From the NCBI RefSeq assembly GCF_040938485.1, contig NW_027272210.1:310001-374000 (forward strand): a stretch of DNA of 64,000 nt, given 5' to 3'. The position numbers and the translations under genes are program-made. This document shows positions 12,901-26,800 of this stretch, one piece after another; position 1 is the stretch's first letter; each line of letters opens with the position of its first letter. The notes beneath the pieces were generated by a model that was not told the origin of the DNA, made no database searches, and saw nothing but the letters and a program-made list of their open reading frames with translations. The stretch comes from Diadema antillarum. Taxonomy: Eukaryota.

Positions 12901-15900
12901 TTATGAATATTCTTCATCATGCAAAGTCCAAAACATGTGAGACAAGTCCATATCTGTGACATACATCATCATAAAAGGATAGATCAATACATGCTTTAAA
13001 AAAAATAGAATAGCTGATGTATGTCCCTACCTCTTTAACCTACATATGGTAGATGGATGGAAAGAAAAAAAAAACAATCACAAACTTCAATATAGACCAG
13101 GAAGCAAAACTGGCTGAATATAGCTGTGAGAGTTTGCTTTCACATAGGAAGAGAGAGTGTGGTCTGAAAGATGTCACATGCCCCAACGCATTTTTATTGA
13201 GGTTTCTAATTCTGGAGCGAAAAGCGAAAAAAGCTCACTCTCAGGAGGTTCCTCAATGTTGTCAGGTCTCTGAAGGCAGTAGTGATCAATGTCCCACACA
13301 GAAATGAAACCTGCAATTACAACAACAAAAAAAAAATAATAATAATATGAAGAAAAAGTGTACAACAATGTGAAAACCAAGTGACTCTCAAGGTCTTACA
13401 TCACATTCTTTTTCAATCTGGCATTCTGGCATTTAAGATACATGTGCAGAGAAATAAGCTCCATTCTAAATATTCATATTTTGTTAGGACACTTTTACAA
13501 TTTGAAAACCTCCCCATGGAATTATTGAAAGGTATTTATTGGATAACATCCATTGCAGCCCGCCGGCTGAATTGCAGATATTTTACATGAATCAACATGA
13601 ATACATTAAAATATCTACAAACATACATTAAAAATATTAGCTATTGCACAATAAAATTAACCTTTACCATTAACATAACAAAAACAAATATGCATGCATT
13701 TCCTTGACTTGCACCTCACATCACAGTGTGTTATACATATTTTCCCTCTAATGCAACTATCAAAGCCCTTTTATTCGCTGATGCTACTAATTGTGCATGT
13801 GAGGTAATTGTGTCAGCACTTTTTTCTTCTTCTTCTTCCTTTTTTTTTTTTTTTTCTTTTTAAAGATTTCAGCCATGGGGAGGGATGGGGGATACTATTT
13901 ATACCGAAACAGAAGTGCTATCCATGCCGAAACATTTCAATTTCTATCAGATGTGAGCCTGTCGCATCTTTTTTTCATCAGACAATGTGTGTTGTCTCAT
14001 TCTGTGAGTGTCAAGTAACTCTTACCCATGGAGTCTCCAACAAAGAGAGTCAGATCATCTGTGGAAAGCTGAAGGCAGTTGATGGATGTGCCTGGCTTCT
14101 TCACCTGAATACGAGAATGAGTAAAATGAAATCTTGAATCCAAATGCCAAAAAAAAAAATTGAAAAGAAAAATGAAACACTTGCACCATCTACAACAGAC
14201 AATTGTAATGTTGCAAAAAGAGTGTGATTTGTAAATGGAGAGTGGACATATGTACATGCAATATCTTTCAAAGTGGCTTTATTTTCCTCAAGTCTACTCA
14301 TCCTAACACAACATGCAAAAATAATTCTTCCTGTAACACAAATGCAATGCATTTATTATTTCATGAAAAATCTTTAACTCTGCTTCCTAAAAAGAGATAA
14401 GACTTACTTCAACAGTGGTTCTATTGTGGTTCTTAATCAAGAATGTAACCACCCACAAATTTACCAAACTGTCTAACAAGTGTGCAATATCAAACTACCT
14501 TTTCACAAGCAAAGCCTCATGGATTCTGATAGAAATTTCTTGTAAGTAATCATGTTGCACTTCATAGTAATGTCTTTTTCCACCTAGAGAGCACATAGGT
14601 TGACAAGGTCAGGAAGAAAGAGCTATATTCATCAAATTTTTGGCTTGATATAGCCAGTTCAGTGACCTTGTGTGATGATTAGAGGCCACTAAGGTATCAA
14701 TACGCAAAGTAGGTTGACCAGTGCTCCAAATATGTGAATTAATAAGCCAGTTCGTACTTAGCTCATGGACACGTTGGTACAAATAACCTTTCTTTTTTCT
14801 CAGTTGGTTAGGCACTTTAATCATTTTCAAAGAGACATTATGCGTACCGGTAAGCTTGCCCGACCTAACAATTCATGGAATTCGAGTTCAAACAATGCAT
14901 GAACTTGCATAGACCTGCAGTGACCGGAATGGTTCGTCAATCATCCGTCGGGAAGCATCCATTTCATTGTTTTGCGATGAATGCATTCACAAAAACTGTT
15001 TTAAATTCATATTGCCAAATACCAGGCTTGCTGTCAGGTGGATGTGCTGGCAAGCAACATTTACAATGATTGCATGAATAATCATTATATGACAGATGCT
15101 TATCTCAGTGAATTTAAAAACAAACGTGCCTCTTGGTACAAATGATCTTTTTCTGCTCATGCGCAAAGTGGAACTACGAACTGGCTTATTATGTGGGTGT
15201 GTCTGCGTGTCTCTGTGTGTGTGTGTGTGTGTCTTTCTAAATTACTGCAGCATATTCACAACTACTACCATTGTATTATGAGATATGGACACTTCAAAAT
15301 GACAAAGGCTGCGAATGGAATCTTTGTTACTTACGCAGGTGAATTTTCCATACAGCTGGCCATTGTTGTATACATTCCAGAAGTGAACGCAACCTGGAAT
15401 AGACGAGAGATGGAAGTGTAATGAAAATATTGAGTATGGTAAGTCTGGTTAGTCACAGATTTTCACACTTTCGAAACCTTTAGCATTTTTTTTTTAAAAC
15501 CCTAATTAAATCACAGCTTCATATCTATACAATATCAGAGACTCTGGTAGCATGTAGGATCATTTAGCTCAGATACTTATGACTGGAAATATTGCTAAAA
15601 AGTGTCTTTGAGCATGCACAATCTAGGTAGGAATAAAAATCCTGGTACTGACCTCTTGGCCCACTGGCAATGAGTTGTGCTGCCTCCTTGTTGGTTCGCC
15701 TCGAAGGAATGAAGATAACTCTGGAGATGCTGTTGTCGCCATCGACTAACAAATTCACAATATCAATTCAAAAGATGAGACAAAATTATAAAGTTGGTGC
15801 TTCTTTCATATGTTTGTGATAATCATTTTGACACATTCTTGTGTGTGTATGTGTTTCTTTCTTAGGTATTTCAATTCACTGTCGTTTGAAGCAGGATGTG

Positions 15901-16018
15901 TGCACACTAAGGTCAAAATGTAATGGAGAATCATTTTGATTTTGTAACCAATGACCCAACCACCATATACAGACATAATACAGTGTGATAAATATTTTGA
16001 TGCAGTGATCTATCACTG

Positions 16019-16053
<35 letters not shown>

Positions 16054-19000
16054 TGATGTGAAATATTTTGTATAAGGAAATTTTTGAGCACTTTTGTTCG
16101 CTCAGAACTTTTGCAAATATAACAGCATGAAAATATGTCTATATACATCAAACTATGTACAAAAACTGCTCTCATCCACAGGACAAGACTAGTTCCTTAA
16201 CATTAGCTTACCATGGGGAAAAAAAATGTGCAATATTTACTATTAAGATAACAGTAAGGACAGAAAACATAAATAGCAAAGATAAGCAGAAATCAAAAAT
16301 AGTTGTGTTTTGCAACTTTGGTTCTACTTACCTTCACCTTTTTCTTCCTCATAGAACTTGGTGCTCTGGATGTGTGAGTAGGCGTAGCCAGACACCAGGT
16401 TCCACACGATGATCTCTCCGTCATAACTGGATGTTGCCAGGAGTGACGGTGGGCAGGCAGCCACTGACAGAATGTCCTCTTTGTGACCATTTTTCTGCTC
16501 ATTCACAAAGAAAATTGGACAAAATATCATGAGATTTCAATTTGAAACACCTGTTTTCAACACAGGAGTTTCTGGAAAGGTTTGCCAATTATGAATCAAA
16601 TGGCAGACATAAATTTACTTTTAATCCGATTGATAAGTACTGAGGTTATTAGAAAAAAACAACAACAATGTATATCAGGACTCTCTGAAATTACAGTTTG
16701 GATCAAGCCTTTAATGGTATAGCAAACTTCACCTAACTGTATATCAAAGGCAATATCAATTTATAAGGCATCATACATCTCAGCAAGAAAGATATAGAGA
16801 GAGCAAGAAAGGTTGTGAAAACAAACAGATAGACAGACACACAGACAGATACATACAGAGAGAGATATGAAAGTGAATGAGGGCATGGGACAAGTGTGCA
16901 AATATGAACACAGAGTGTGAAACTAAAAATGGCACAGAATGATGAGGAAGGAAAGAGCAAGCGGCAAACAAATAGACAGGACTTTAAAATATATCAAGTA
17001 GATGCTAATGGCAATTTAAGTGGGAGGACTCCAGGGGAAAGGTATGGGGGAGAGATTGAGAGGGCATGGTGCCAACTTGACATCATATGCTCACATGATT
17101 CCTACAGCTTTCAGTTTCAACCATAATAATTTGCTGCACGACATGCATCCACAATTCATATTTCCTCAAACTCTCTTCCACAAAAGACATACATGTATTT
17201 TGGCTGTGGTTTGCTTTTTTCTGAAGAAACCAAATTACTATTCCTTCATTCTGGGTTAAATGGTTGTGAATAGTTTGAATGTAATAGAGTGAAATAAGAT
17301 TGTAGTAATCAGATAACTGTAGTCTGTTGGCTTTCTATCGATCAAAATTTCATCATTGTCATCCTCATCATCATTATCATTTATCACCAACAGCATAATC
17401 ATGAATATTACATCATTAACATTATTTTACTTGGCACTTTATTGTGACACTGCACGTTGCCATGTAATCATGGCACACATAAATGGCATGTTTGTGCATT
17501 TTCATTCGTATCAGTCTGAGTTGCTAACATACAGAAACATTTCAATCAATAGCGTTACTATATTCTGTCCTCCCCATCCCCCCCCCCCCCACCCTTACTG
17601 CATGATGCAGATGTGGCTATGTAATCAGGAAATAACAAACAGGGAGATGAATTTACAACCTGGTACCATGTTGCCACACAAAAAACAAACATTACATTTC
17701 TAGAGTACTGTATACGCCGAATATTTGGCGAGGTTTTTACTTTTGCGAATTTCACGAGTCAAGTGCTATTCGTGAATTTAAAGACACACGAAAACACACA
17801 CATTTCTTTGTTCAGTACTTGGGAAATCATTGGGAAGTCCCAATTCGCGAAAATTTAGACACGCTAAATATATGACGTATTCAGTGGTTGCACATTGTGT
17901 AATCGGTTCTTACCTCATCATCAGGCCATCTGGGCATGGGTCGCTGTATGTGTCTGAAGTCCTCACTGGAGTCTGTGTACACATTGATGCATCGGTCCCA
18001 GCCAACCGAGATCACGTAGCGGTTCTTGTTCATCTCAATGTACACCACATCTGTCACTTCGTCACTGCCTTCAGCTTCATGTGGGAATATTAAATAACGG
18101 ACACATGATCGAGTCATGTCAATACAGCTGTCTCCTTGATAAATTTGTTCCTCTTAGATACTTTATCATTTCTTTGCTTTCTTCCTTTTTTGTTTGGTGC
18201 GAGTCCCGTAAAATTTGCCTGACGTGATACATGTCAGATATCCACACTAAATAAAAAAAAGAATTGGCAAAAGAACCCATGACATTGTCCAATCTTGTTG
18301 TATTTTGAGGAAAAATAAATTGTTTTTGTTTCCTTTATCCATAATATCAACAATGATGCATGAATGTAAATACCCCACAAGTCTTACCTATTTATATATT
18401 GCATGGCGAGTGACTACATATTGCATCTTAAAAGCATCTTCTTAACCACCCAACAGAACTCTTTGTTTTTTACACATGATATACAAATTAAGATGATTCA
18501 CAGCCACGGTTTCATATGAGCAATGCAAGTGAATATGTGAGCAAAGTTAAAGAAGCACTACATACCAACACCCACAGAAATCAAGACATATGTCTATAAT
18601 GCATCCCCATGCAATCCACACAGATTTAAGATGTTAATGATTTTGCCCAGACTAATCTGTTTTGTGCATACTGAACACAAAACTTTTTGAAGTCACACTC
18701 TATTCAAATATATGAACATCAAGAAGAATTCCTGTACCTTTTTCTAATTTTTTCAGACAGTGGCCATTGTTGTAGTTCCATATCTTCAGCTTGCCGTCCC
18801 TTGACCCTGTGATTAACCTCCGACCAGTGTTGTCAAAGGTCAGGGTGGTGATGGCATTGTTGTTGTGTGCCTGGGAAAACTCAAAGACCAGGTGACCAGT
18901 CTCAAAGTCCCAGAGTTTAACGACCTGGCATGGGGTAAAAAAAAAAGTGGATCTTGCTCATCAAGACAGTGTAACTGACTAGTTTTCCTTGGTGGGTAAC

Positions 19001-20226
19001 TTGCATTTATAAAAATGAATGAATGAAATGATACAACACTGACAAGAGTAGAGTGCTACTTATCAACGAGTCACATGATATCGTTTGTCATGTGATCACG
19101 AAAGAAAGGCCGAGCTAAACAACAGTCTTGTTTGCAAGTTCGTGTTCCGATATCATGAATGTCTATTGACCAAAAAGAATGATAGTGTCAAATGACCAAC
19201 ACATGTTTATTTGTTCACTTAGCTACAAAAACATTAATATCCTACACAGCTGTATCACTGCTAGGATCTAGATTGTGGTCTTTTGCAACTATTTATAACT
19301 TTATATTCAACACATCCCAGGATATAAAGGGATTTGCTAATAGGACAGAATTCAGGAGATATCTTTCTCTCCCTTTGAATGAAATTCTATAATCAGAACT
19401 TAATTTGCAGGCAGAGTTTCAAAATGTGTGATCAACAGACTACAAGAAGAGTCCTAGAAGCTGTGCATAAGAGTAAACCAATGTAAGTCAAAGTGTCTAC
19501 GTCAAAAACGGCTGGAGGAGCAATATCATGTATTCACTTACCGAAGCATCCGAGGTTGTGACTACATTCTTGAACTCGCTGTTGTACTTTGCACATAGAA
19601 TGGGTGTCCGGTGGGTGATGGGGATTTCTCGTAGTTCATGAGATCTAAGAAAAGAAGTTAAGATATTACTTTTTACTGATAGATATCCATATCATTAGTG
19701 TTAGCAATGTTAAGCAAAATGTACATTTGTTGTTTAACTGAATTTGTTTGTACATGTATTTGGCACAGCAATGACTTCTTATGAGAAGGCCAGTAGTGTG
19801 TGTACTGATCAATGTACAGACTGCCATATGTTGCACACCTATTAAAGTATCATGTGATCCTTTCATTTAACCATGAATGGTCAAGAGTATTTAATAAAAT
19901 ACCAATCTAATACAGCACTTTTGGAGTGTGTAAGTAAAGTATGTACAATGTTTTTCACATAAGAGGCTGCGACAATGAATAAAAGCTAGGCTGACTGAAA
20001 TTGTCCATGTCATACAAATGAATCAGTAGCAATGAAAGCGTGCAAGTAAGAAATGATCTGTGACTTGAGCTCACTTGACCCTGTGCGTCAGAACGGCCAT
20101 CTGGTCAGTTGCCACGACGACCACCCTAGAGTGGGTGTTATAGTGGGCTGCCTGCAAGTCTCCACGGATCTTGTGGGTCTTGGGTCGAATGGTTAGCATG
20201 CACACCTGGTCCTTGGTGTCCCACAC
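8789..20226 (-). CDS. WD40-repeat protein of the WDR49 (CFAP337)/WDR95/WDY family, C-terminal about 570 aa, 14 exons; the 5' exons are not in the window
   Basis: Exons in transcript order: 20075-20226, 19542-19644, 18738-18924, 17914-18074, 16332-16494, 15653-15745, 15335-15393, 14026-14104, 13239-13310, 12528-12567, 11771-11859, 10965-11218, 10088-10194, 8789-8942 (TAG at 8789-8791). All introns are GT-AG with matching phases, total 1713 nt. WD repeats include VVKLWDFETG, RRLITGSRDGKLKIWNYNNGHCL, GHKEDILSVAACPPSLLATSSYDGEIIVWN, WRGHIQSITSMSLVEEHSILITSSLDCTVRVWTTEGHYVGTFGQ. Family assignment is from recalled similarity; exact orthology is not determined. Confidence 0.88.
9508..9648. other. 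Assembly gap (141 N)
   Basis: Run of N. Confidence 1.
9649..9880. mobile_element. TIR element (MITE) abutting a (TA)n microsatellite; left end lost in the gap
   Basis: gacctcgtatctcaaaaatgtcaa (9649-9672) is the reverse complement of ttgacatttttgagatacgaggtc (about 9839-9862), which continues ttgtcaccccagcgacga straight into (TA)n. Confidence 0.65.
9881..9962. repeat. (TA)41 microsatellite
   Basis: Direct reading. Confidence 0.98.
17708..17884. mobile_element. Short MITE (CTGTATACG...CGTATTCAG, Tc1/mariner-like termini)
   Basis: Imperfect TIRs ctgtatacgccgaatattt / aaatatatgacgtattcag; CpG-rich relative to the surrounding intron. Confidence 0.55.
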
Positions 20227-20240
20227 CTGGAGGGAGACAA

Positions 20241-20600
20241 TAGATAGATAGATAGATAAATAAATAAATAGATAGAAAGATAGATACATGGATGGATAAA
20301 TGGAGAGATAGATGGATGGATGGATTGATGGATGGATGAATAGATAAAAAATAGATAGATAGATAGATAGAGATAGATAGATAGAAACATATAGATAGAT
20401 ACAGTGTAGGTGAATGTACAGATGGATGGATGGAAGGAAGGATAGATAGACAGATAGAAAGATACTGTAGATACATAGATATATTGATACTTGCAGATGT
20501 AGACAGATTGATACTTGCAGATGTAGACAGAAAGATAGATAGATGTATGGATGGACAGACAAAGAAAGACAGAGATGGAAAGACAGATAACAGGTAAATA
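20241..20600. repeat. Compound (GATA)n/(GGAT)n microsatellite
   Basis: Direct reading. It explains the spurious Y/L/S/I-rich ORFs at 20071-20624. Confidence 0.95.
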
Positions 20601-23600
20601 GGATACCGACAGATTATGGCACACTATGAATACATGGATTTCTTTTTTGTATGTGTAATGTAGATACTTACTGCATTTTGGGATAATTTAAGAACAATTA
20701 GAGTATGGCAAAGGTTACAATCAGTGTTAGAATATCTGGTCAAAATCATTCATCTGGAATGCATCAATACCATATAAGTACCAGAACAGGCAACTAGTGA
20801 TACAGAAAGAAAAAAAAAATAGAGGCACTGGAAATACCCTGAAGTTGAAACATGGTAACATAGCCTTGATAAAATCTAAAAGCATGTATGCACAAACATT
20901 CAGATAAAAAACAACACCTGTGAATCAGAAAGCACATGTGTCATATGGTGTCATACTAATGTCAAATACATACAAATGGCTTCAAAATGTGTAATCAAGT
21001 ACAAGGGGATATGGAATACTCCCACTCTATATCTAAATCTTCTATTTATACATCCAATCATATCAACTGACATTTTTTAGTGTAATGCTCAAAATAAATG
21101 CAAAAAAACAACAACAACAAAACCAAGTGCTCCAGAAGGAAAAGAAGAGAGAGACAAAGAGAGAGCAAGATCACACCCTGGAGTTTCAGTACAAAATCAA
21201 AGGATGACAAAATTTTCCACAAAACTTACAGATAACACCATCTGCCTCCCGCGGCTACACGCAGGTAACTGCAAAATTATATACCAGTGCACTCAAATGT
21301 TTGGCCCAGGTGTCACTAGGGCTCTGTTGTCCCCGCCTGCTCCTGAAATGTGGAAGTAGATTCACAATCGATACCCTATTCCCTAGGGGGAAGTGCATAC
21401 ATACGTTACACAATCACATTCCTTGAGGAGCAAACACCTGGAAAGTTATAAAGTGACACCTAGCCAAGGAGCTGAAAGCCTTCCATCCTAACCACAAGGA
21501 GATATAAGGTGACACTTGAGAATTGACGTCACATCTTCCAGCAGACAAAGCAGCACATCACAATGTGAAGTGACCTGATCAATGCAGGAAAGGACAAAAA
21601 GAAATATATTGCAGCCAATTTTCTCCCTTCTTGTTCAATCAGGGAGTTACCCCATTGCCTGTTGTCACTTCTGGAGCCCTTTTGTACCGAAAATATATGT
21701 CTGGGTAGGTGATGAGCCAATTTTGGTTGAATCAATCAATACTTCTTCTTGAGTCCTTCTTGTTTTGTTGCATTTACCCCTAAGTCTCTTTCAAATCACT
21801 AAATAAGGATGTCTGAATACATGTTTATGAGATCTGAGTTTGTGACAGCTACTTTGTGGCTTGGAACAAGAGTCCATCCAATTCAAAAAGTGTGGGGATC
21901 TAGTCTCACTTAAAGTCAGAGGTCTCTGTTAGTGAGTATTACACTAGTGTACGTTAATATATGCTTCTGTATATTGACACTTTGTTTCAAAATCCACAGC
22001 ATCTTTTTCATCACTTGGAGCAATGCAGTCAAGACTAGTCCTCAAGATGCCCTCCCTAAATTCAAACAGTAAACGGTAAACTTCTTTCTCAACTGACTCG
22101 CAAAAACAATTTTGTCATGTACATGACAAGCACACAGTGACAAATTTGTCTGCTTGTAATATAACAAGACGTATAGTAATCCCAATCCAAAGTGACACTG
22201 CCCATGAGTCCTCTTGAATACCGTAACGACAAGTGTTCAACGCAGAGGGCGACACACGCATGACAATGAATCGTGTATTCATGAAAATTCAGCTGAAGGG
22301 GGCAGAATCGTTTTCTACTCCTCAGTTATCACACACCGTGCTGCTGTTCATAAGGAGACAGTCAGGCGGTGAGTTCTAACATTTAGTGTCGCTTGCCTCC
22401 AGAAATTTGAATGCATTTTGCCTCAAACTGTCCGGCATCATTGTTTTACACCATCGCAGAAAAAAAAATCTGCAGTCATAGTGTCTACGATGCAATTTCT
22501 TGTGGCGGGTGATCAAAGCTATGAAATAAACAATCTAAAGAACTTTTACATCAAAGTCTACACTGGGAGAATGTTATTCTGACAACAAGAGGAACAATGC
22601 TAATGCATTAAACATGCAAGCCATCATTTAGCTAATGATGACCTACTATTTTGCGAGCACAACATCGATTGTTATCAGAGGCAGGGAGAAGAGAATCGAA
22701 CTCTTAAAAGATAATTGTGACCGACATGATAAAAGAGCCTCCAGAGGTCACAACTTAATATATATCCAATGCAGAAGGACGTATCAGCACCAGGAACAAT
22801 GACGGAGAGGAGGAGTCCCATCCATGAATTGACTTCCAGAGAGCAATTTTCGGATTTAGATGCTTATCCATTATGTCAAATAAAAGATCATTTTCATCTG
22901 AAAGGGCATGTTGGATACAGAGAGGTGAAGAGGCATAGCACGGGGCCGTCCCTAGATGAGCAGGAAACAAGAAGGAAACAAGAAGGATATCGTGGTTCGA
23001 CTCAAATGGAATGATGATACAACAGTTCTTGTATCATGTACACTGTCACGTGGAAGAAAGTCATTGAATGAGGCAACAAAGGACAAAAGAAAAAAAGAGA
23101 TAAAAGGCAACAAGGGATATCTGCAAAGCAGATTAGGAGAGCTCTTCACCATGCTCTTGGTCAGATATGTTTAAACAAATTTACAAGAAGTATTAAAGGA
23201 AATACAAAAATACTGCAAAATATAAAGTCATAGACAACTGAGAAATTCATACACTAGGAGACTATATTCACAACAGAAGTAACTAGACAGGATGGTGAGA
23301 GCTTTGGACTAATGGTAAGTTGTAGTACTATCACACCTGTTGATGGAACACACAAACTTTACAACATAAACCAAAAGTTGCTTTGTCATCAAAATATTCT
23401 GGCTATGGGCCAGCTTAAAAATCTTTCTTCAGCTTCAGAGTAGCAGAATTCATGGTATTGTCATCATTCCTGAACATCCATGTTATGGGACTGGTTGGTT
23501 TGAAGGAAGCTACAGAGTTTTTTTGCAGAGACCACAAAGAGAGAGCGCAGTAAATCTACAATGTACCTGGTACATCTGTGCTTGAGCTTTTGCCATACTA

Positions 23601-24365
23601 TCTTGTCTTGAACACTGCTCAAAATAGCATTACCAAGTTCTTAATGCATGGTGGATAACATGGGATGAACATTGCCTATACGGGTACAATGAGCCTATTG
23701 ACATGCCTTTGTCAGGCCAAAGCTCTTTCTTTCTTTCCTTCCTTCACTCCCCTTTCACGACTATTGATCACGTTTTCACGCCTAGGGCCACAGCAGACAA
23801 ATCATAAAATGAGTTACAAATATAACTGGATCAATACAAGTTTGGCCTCTAAACTATGCTGCACTGTCAGCAAGAAAAATAGATATGTTCCTGCATTTGT
23901 GTTCAAAACATGTTTTAATGAACTCATTGTACAGCCTGGAATAAATGGGTTAAAACACAGTGTCTTTTCAGTAAATAATCCACAACAAAACTATGCAAGT
24001 AACTCATAAAGAGAACATTTATTCTATGGTCCTTTCCTTGATTAGTTTTGAGCTTTTCATATGTGGAAAATCTTACTGAGTTTTGTGGTATCCTCACTAT
24101 GAAAGAATCTTCAATGGACAGTTCTTTGTCTGTGAGTGGCCTCGACAAGCATAGCAATCAATTTTGACCAATATCTTTCATACAGAACACAGACATTTTT
24201 TTTTTCTTCCTTTAACATCACAGCAACAGTTCCGACTATAAAGTGTAGTGCCTTCATAGTTTTCACTTTTTGGTTGACCTCACTGTACTCACCTGCTGCC
24301 TGACAAAGCTTTCAGGGTTTACAGCAATATCAATTCTGAAACAATGTTATACAGTATAGTCTTAA

Positions 24366-25518
24366 CTCTTAACGTGCCATGGTCGCCGAACGGCGACCTT
24401 AGTCCTGACGTGCCATGGTCGCCGATCGGCGACTAAGAACAGCGAGTAAAGCATTGATCATTAAAGTTCTTGTGGTACCGTAATGTGTTACACCAAGCAA
24501 CTGCCAATGATATGCACTGGTAGCTGATTAGCATAGCCATCGTTTCCACTAAAAATATGAGCATGCTTACATTGGAAAATTTTGAGTAAATACACGATTT
24601 TTCAGCTAGATGTATTTTTCTTACATCGGGAAAATCCGCAGCGGGCGCAACCTCTGCGAGATGTGTATGGATCAAAAGTCTCATAGGTAAACCACGCGTG
24701 TGTATGCTATTGACTCTGCGTGTATTGTCTATGCGGTTCCACTCGCATTGTTCCGCTTGGACGCTGTCCTGCGGGAAGCTGCTTTGATTTTGTCCCTCAA
24801 AGAGAGTCAGCTTTCGTTCGTCGGTCAAGTCTTTCATCCTTTTGTTTTGGTGAACGTCACTAATCATCCCCACGCTAGCATAGGAATTGCGCGTGGACAA
24901 AGGCCTGCCGATTTCAATAGAGTACGCCCGCCCGCGGTCCGTGTAGACAAAAGGAGGATTAGCAGGTTCTTCCTTCTCAGGTGGACAAAAGACACTATTC
25001 CAGGGCCCGGGACAATTACTTTAGTTTCAAATACAGGATCTGGGACTAAAGGACTCAGATTTGGGAATGAATTACTTAGGCAGAAAGAGAAATTGCCAAG
25101 ACAAAATAAACTGCTAGTATCTTTGGAATCATACAATTCTAGAAGGCAATTTTGTTATCATTTGAAAGAGGAAATGTTGCTCTAAAACATTCTCACAGAG
25201 TCAAGGGAGCGTTCCATTGAAGAAAAAACAAGACTGACTCTTTTTTTCCATACTACACAAAAATTTCTAATGATGTTTTTGATGTATCAAATATTTCTGC
25301 AATATTTCAGATTCAGATAGATATTGTGGCAAACTGACTGCATGACAAGAAAGAGCAAACATTTCTTGATATATATTGTGTAGAACTCAATTCAAAACAG
25401 TCAATAGTTTCAGAGATATGGCGGTTTTAAATTTCACTGTCAGTCCAGTCTCGAAACCTTCTGGCGTTAGGTAAAAACCTCTGGCACGTTAGGGGTTTTG
25501 GGCCTGGCACATTAAGAG
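24366..25518. mobile_element. piggyBac-type non-autonomous element (1153 bp)
   Basis: TTAA at both ends (24362-24365, 25519-25522). TIRs ctcttaacgtgcca / tggcacattaagag (1 mismatch). Subterminal direct repeats on both sides. No transposase ORF recognised. Confidence 0.8.
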
Positions 25519-26309
25519 TTAATGTAGACAATGAAATTGATGTGAGAACAATGACTTTGATATTGAGCAATAAAAGTGTTATAATGAAATGCGAAGCTTT
25601 ACCTTGACAGTTTTGTCCTGTGAGATACTGTAGATCCTGTTCTCGTTTGGTGCTATGAAGAGGGAGAAGATTGGAGCGTTGTGTCCTCTCAGCATACCAG
25701 TCGGCTTGCTGTCGAGAGCAATTCAACAACAACAAAAAAGAAAACACTTTTAATCCCCATACTGTCTCTAATGATGAGAAATAAGAAATTGTTGACGCAT
25801 TTCATTTCAGAAAACAAGGGAAATATACAATTGAAATCAGTAAAAAACAAAAACAATCTTAAGGAATATAGGAGCAAAAGGGTTGTACATGTTTTAAAAA
25901 GTACAAGAGTTTTTTGCTTGCTTGAATTCATATGAAGAAGAGGAATATTTTTGAAATTAATTAAGAATATTTCTTAGTTTCAATACAAGTTTGTAATACT
26001 GCATCTAAGTACAATGTACAAGGAACTAAAGCTAAGACTTTATCATAGAGAAAGTCTACAACCTTTATAATTGGGAGTTACATTTAGGTAGTTTCTCTTT
26101 TTTGGATCAAGTGATGAAGAATGGTTTATTGTGTGATAATAGAAAGAAAAACACATTTGTACACACATATACACAAACACATTATACACACACATATGAA
26201 TTATAGATGGCAAGTTACATGTCTTTAGTTTACATGACCCTTCTTTGTATCTTGGCTAAGCCATATTACAAACCCTGGTAATAACGGCTGACTTCAAACA
26301 ACACACTCG

Positions 26310-26800
26310 GATGCTACAGTTTAGGACATTCTGTGTTGATGGAATGTCAATACCTATGGAGCATTCTTACCTTACTAACGAAGAATCTTCCCCTTCTCAC
26401 TACACACAAATTGGTGCTTGCCCTAGCACTCTTCCAAGATGTTACATAAAGCAAAGTGTGTGGCACAAAACTCAGAAGTACAACTGTACATGTGCCTACT
26501 CTGTCACTGACTTCGCAAGGGTATTTTGCAAAAGTGACACTTCAGTACAACTCACTGTGAGGCAAATATCAGGTGCGCTCGAGTAGATTAAAATGCACAA
26601 TCCTTTAATAACGGTAGGGGATAGGTTCTCTGTCTAATGAAAGCCTTTCAGGATTATCAGCGGTGTAATTCCATGTGGGTCTGCCCTTTTGAGGAGGCAT
26701 TTTATTGTCGCCACACAGATTACTAAGTCTCAAGGGCCTTTTGTAGATTAAACTGATTACTGATACCTCTACTCCTAACTTATATTGTTTGCCTTTATGT
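26310..26800 (+). mobile_element. Degenerate non-LTR retrotransposon RT-region fragment
   Basis: Frameshifted peptides GACPSTL..Y, KYNCTCAYS and RQISGA resemble the WGA..TLL.LYK...LDYG..YGS...LR.ATGA segment of I/Jockey-group LINE reverse transcriptases (recalled consensus). Confidence 0.4.

Noticed and set aside
20071-20624. Long ORFs of 112-163 aa rich in Y/L/S/I
   Set aside because: They are translations of the GATA/GGAT microsatellite. Only 20075-20226 is a real exon.
24433-25185. ORFs of 155 and 161 aa inside the piggyBac-type element
   Set aside because: They have no DDD/DDE transposase motifs or other recognisable domain and are probably chance ORFs in GC-richer TE sequence.
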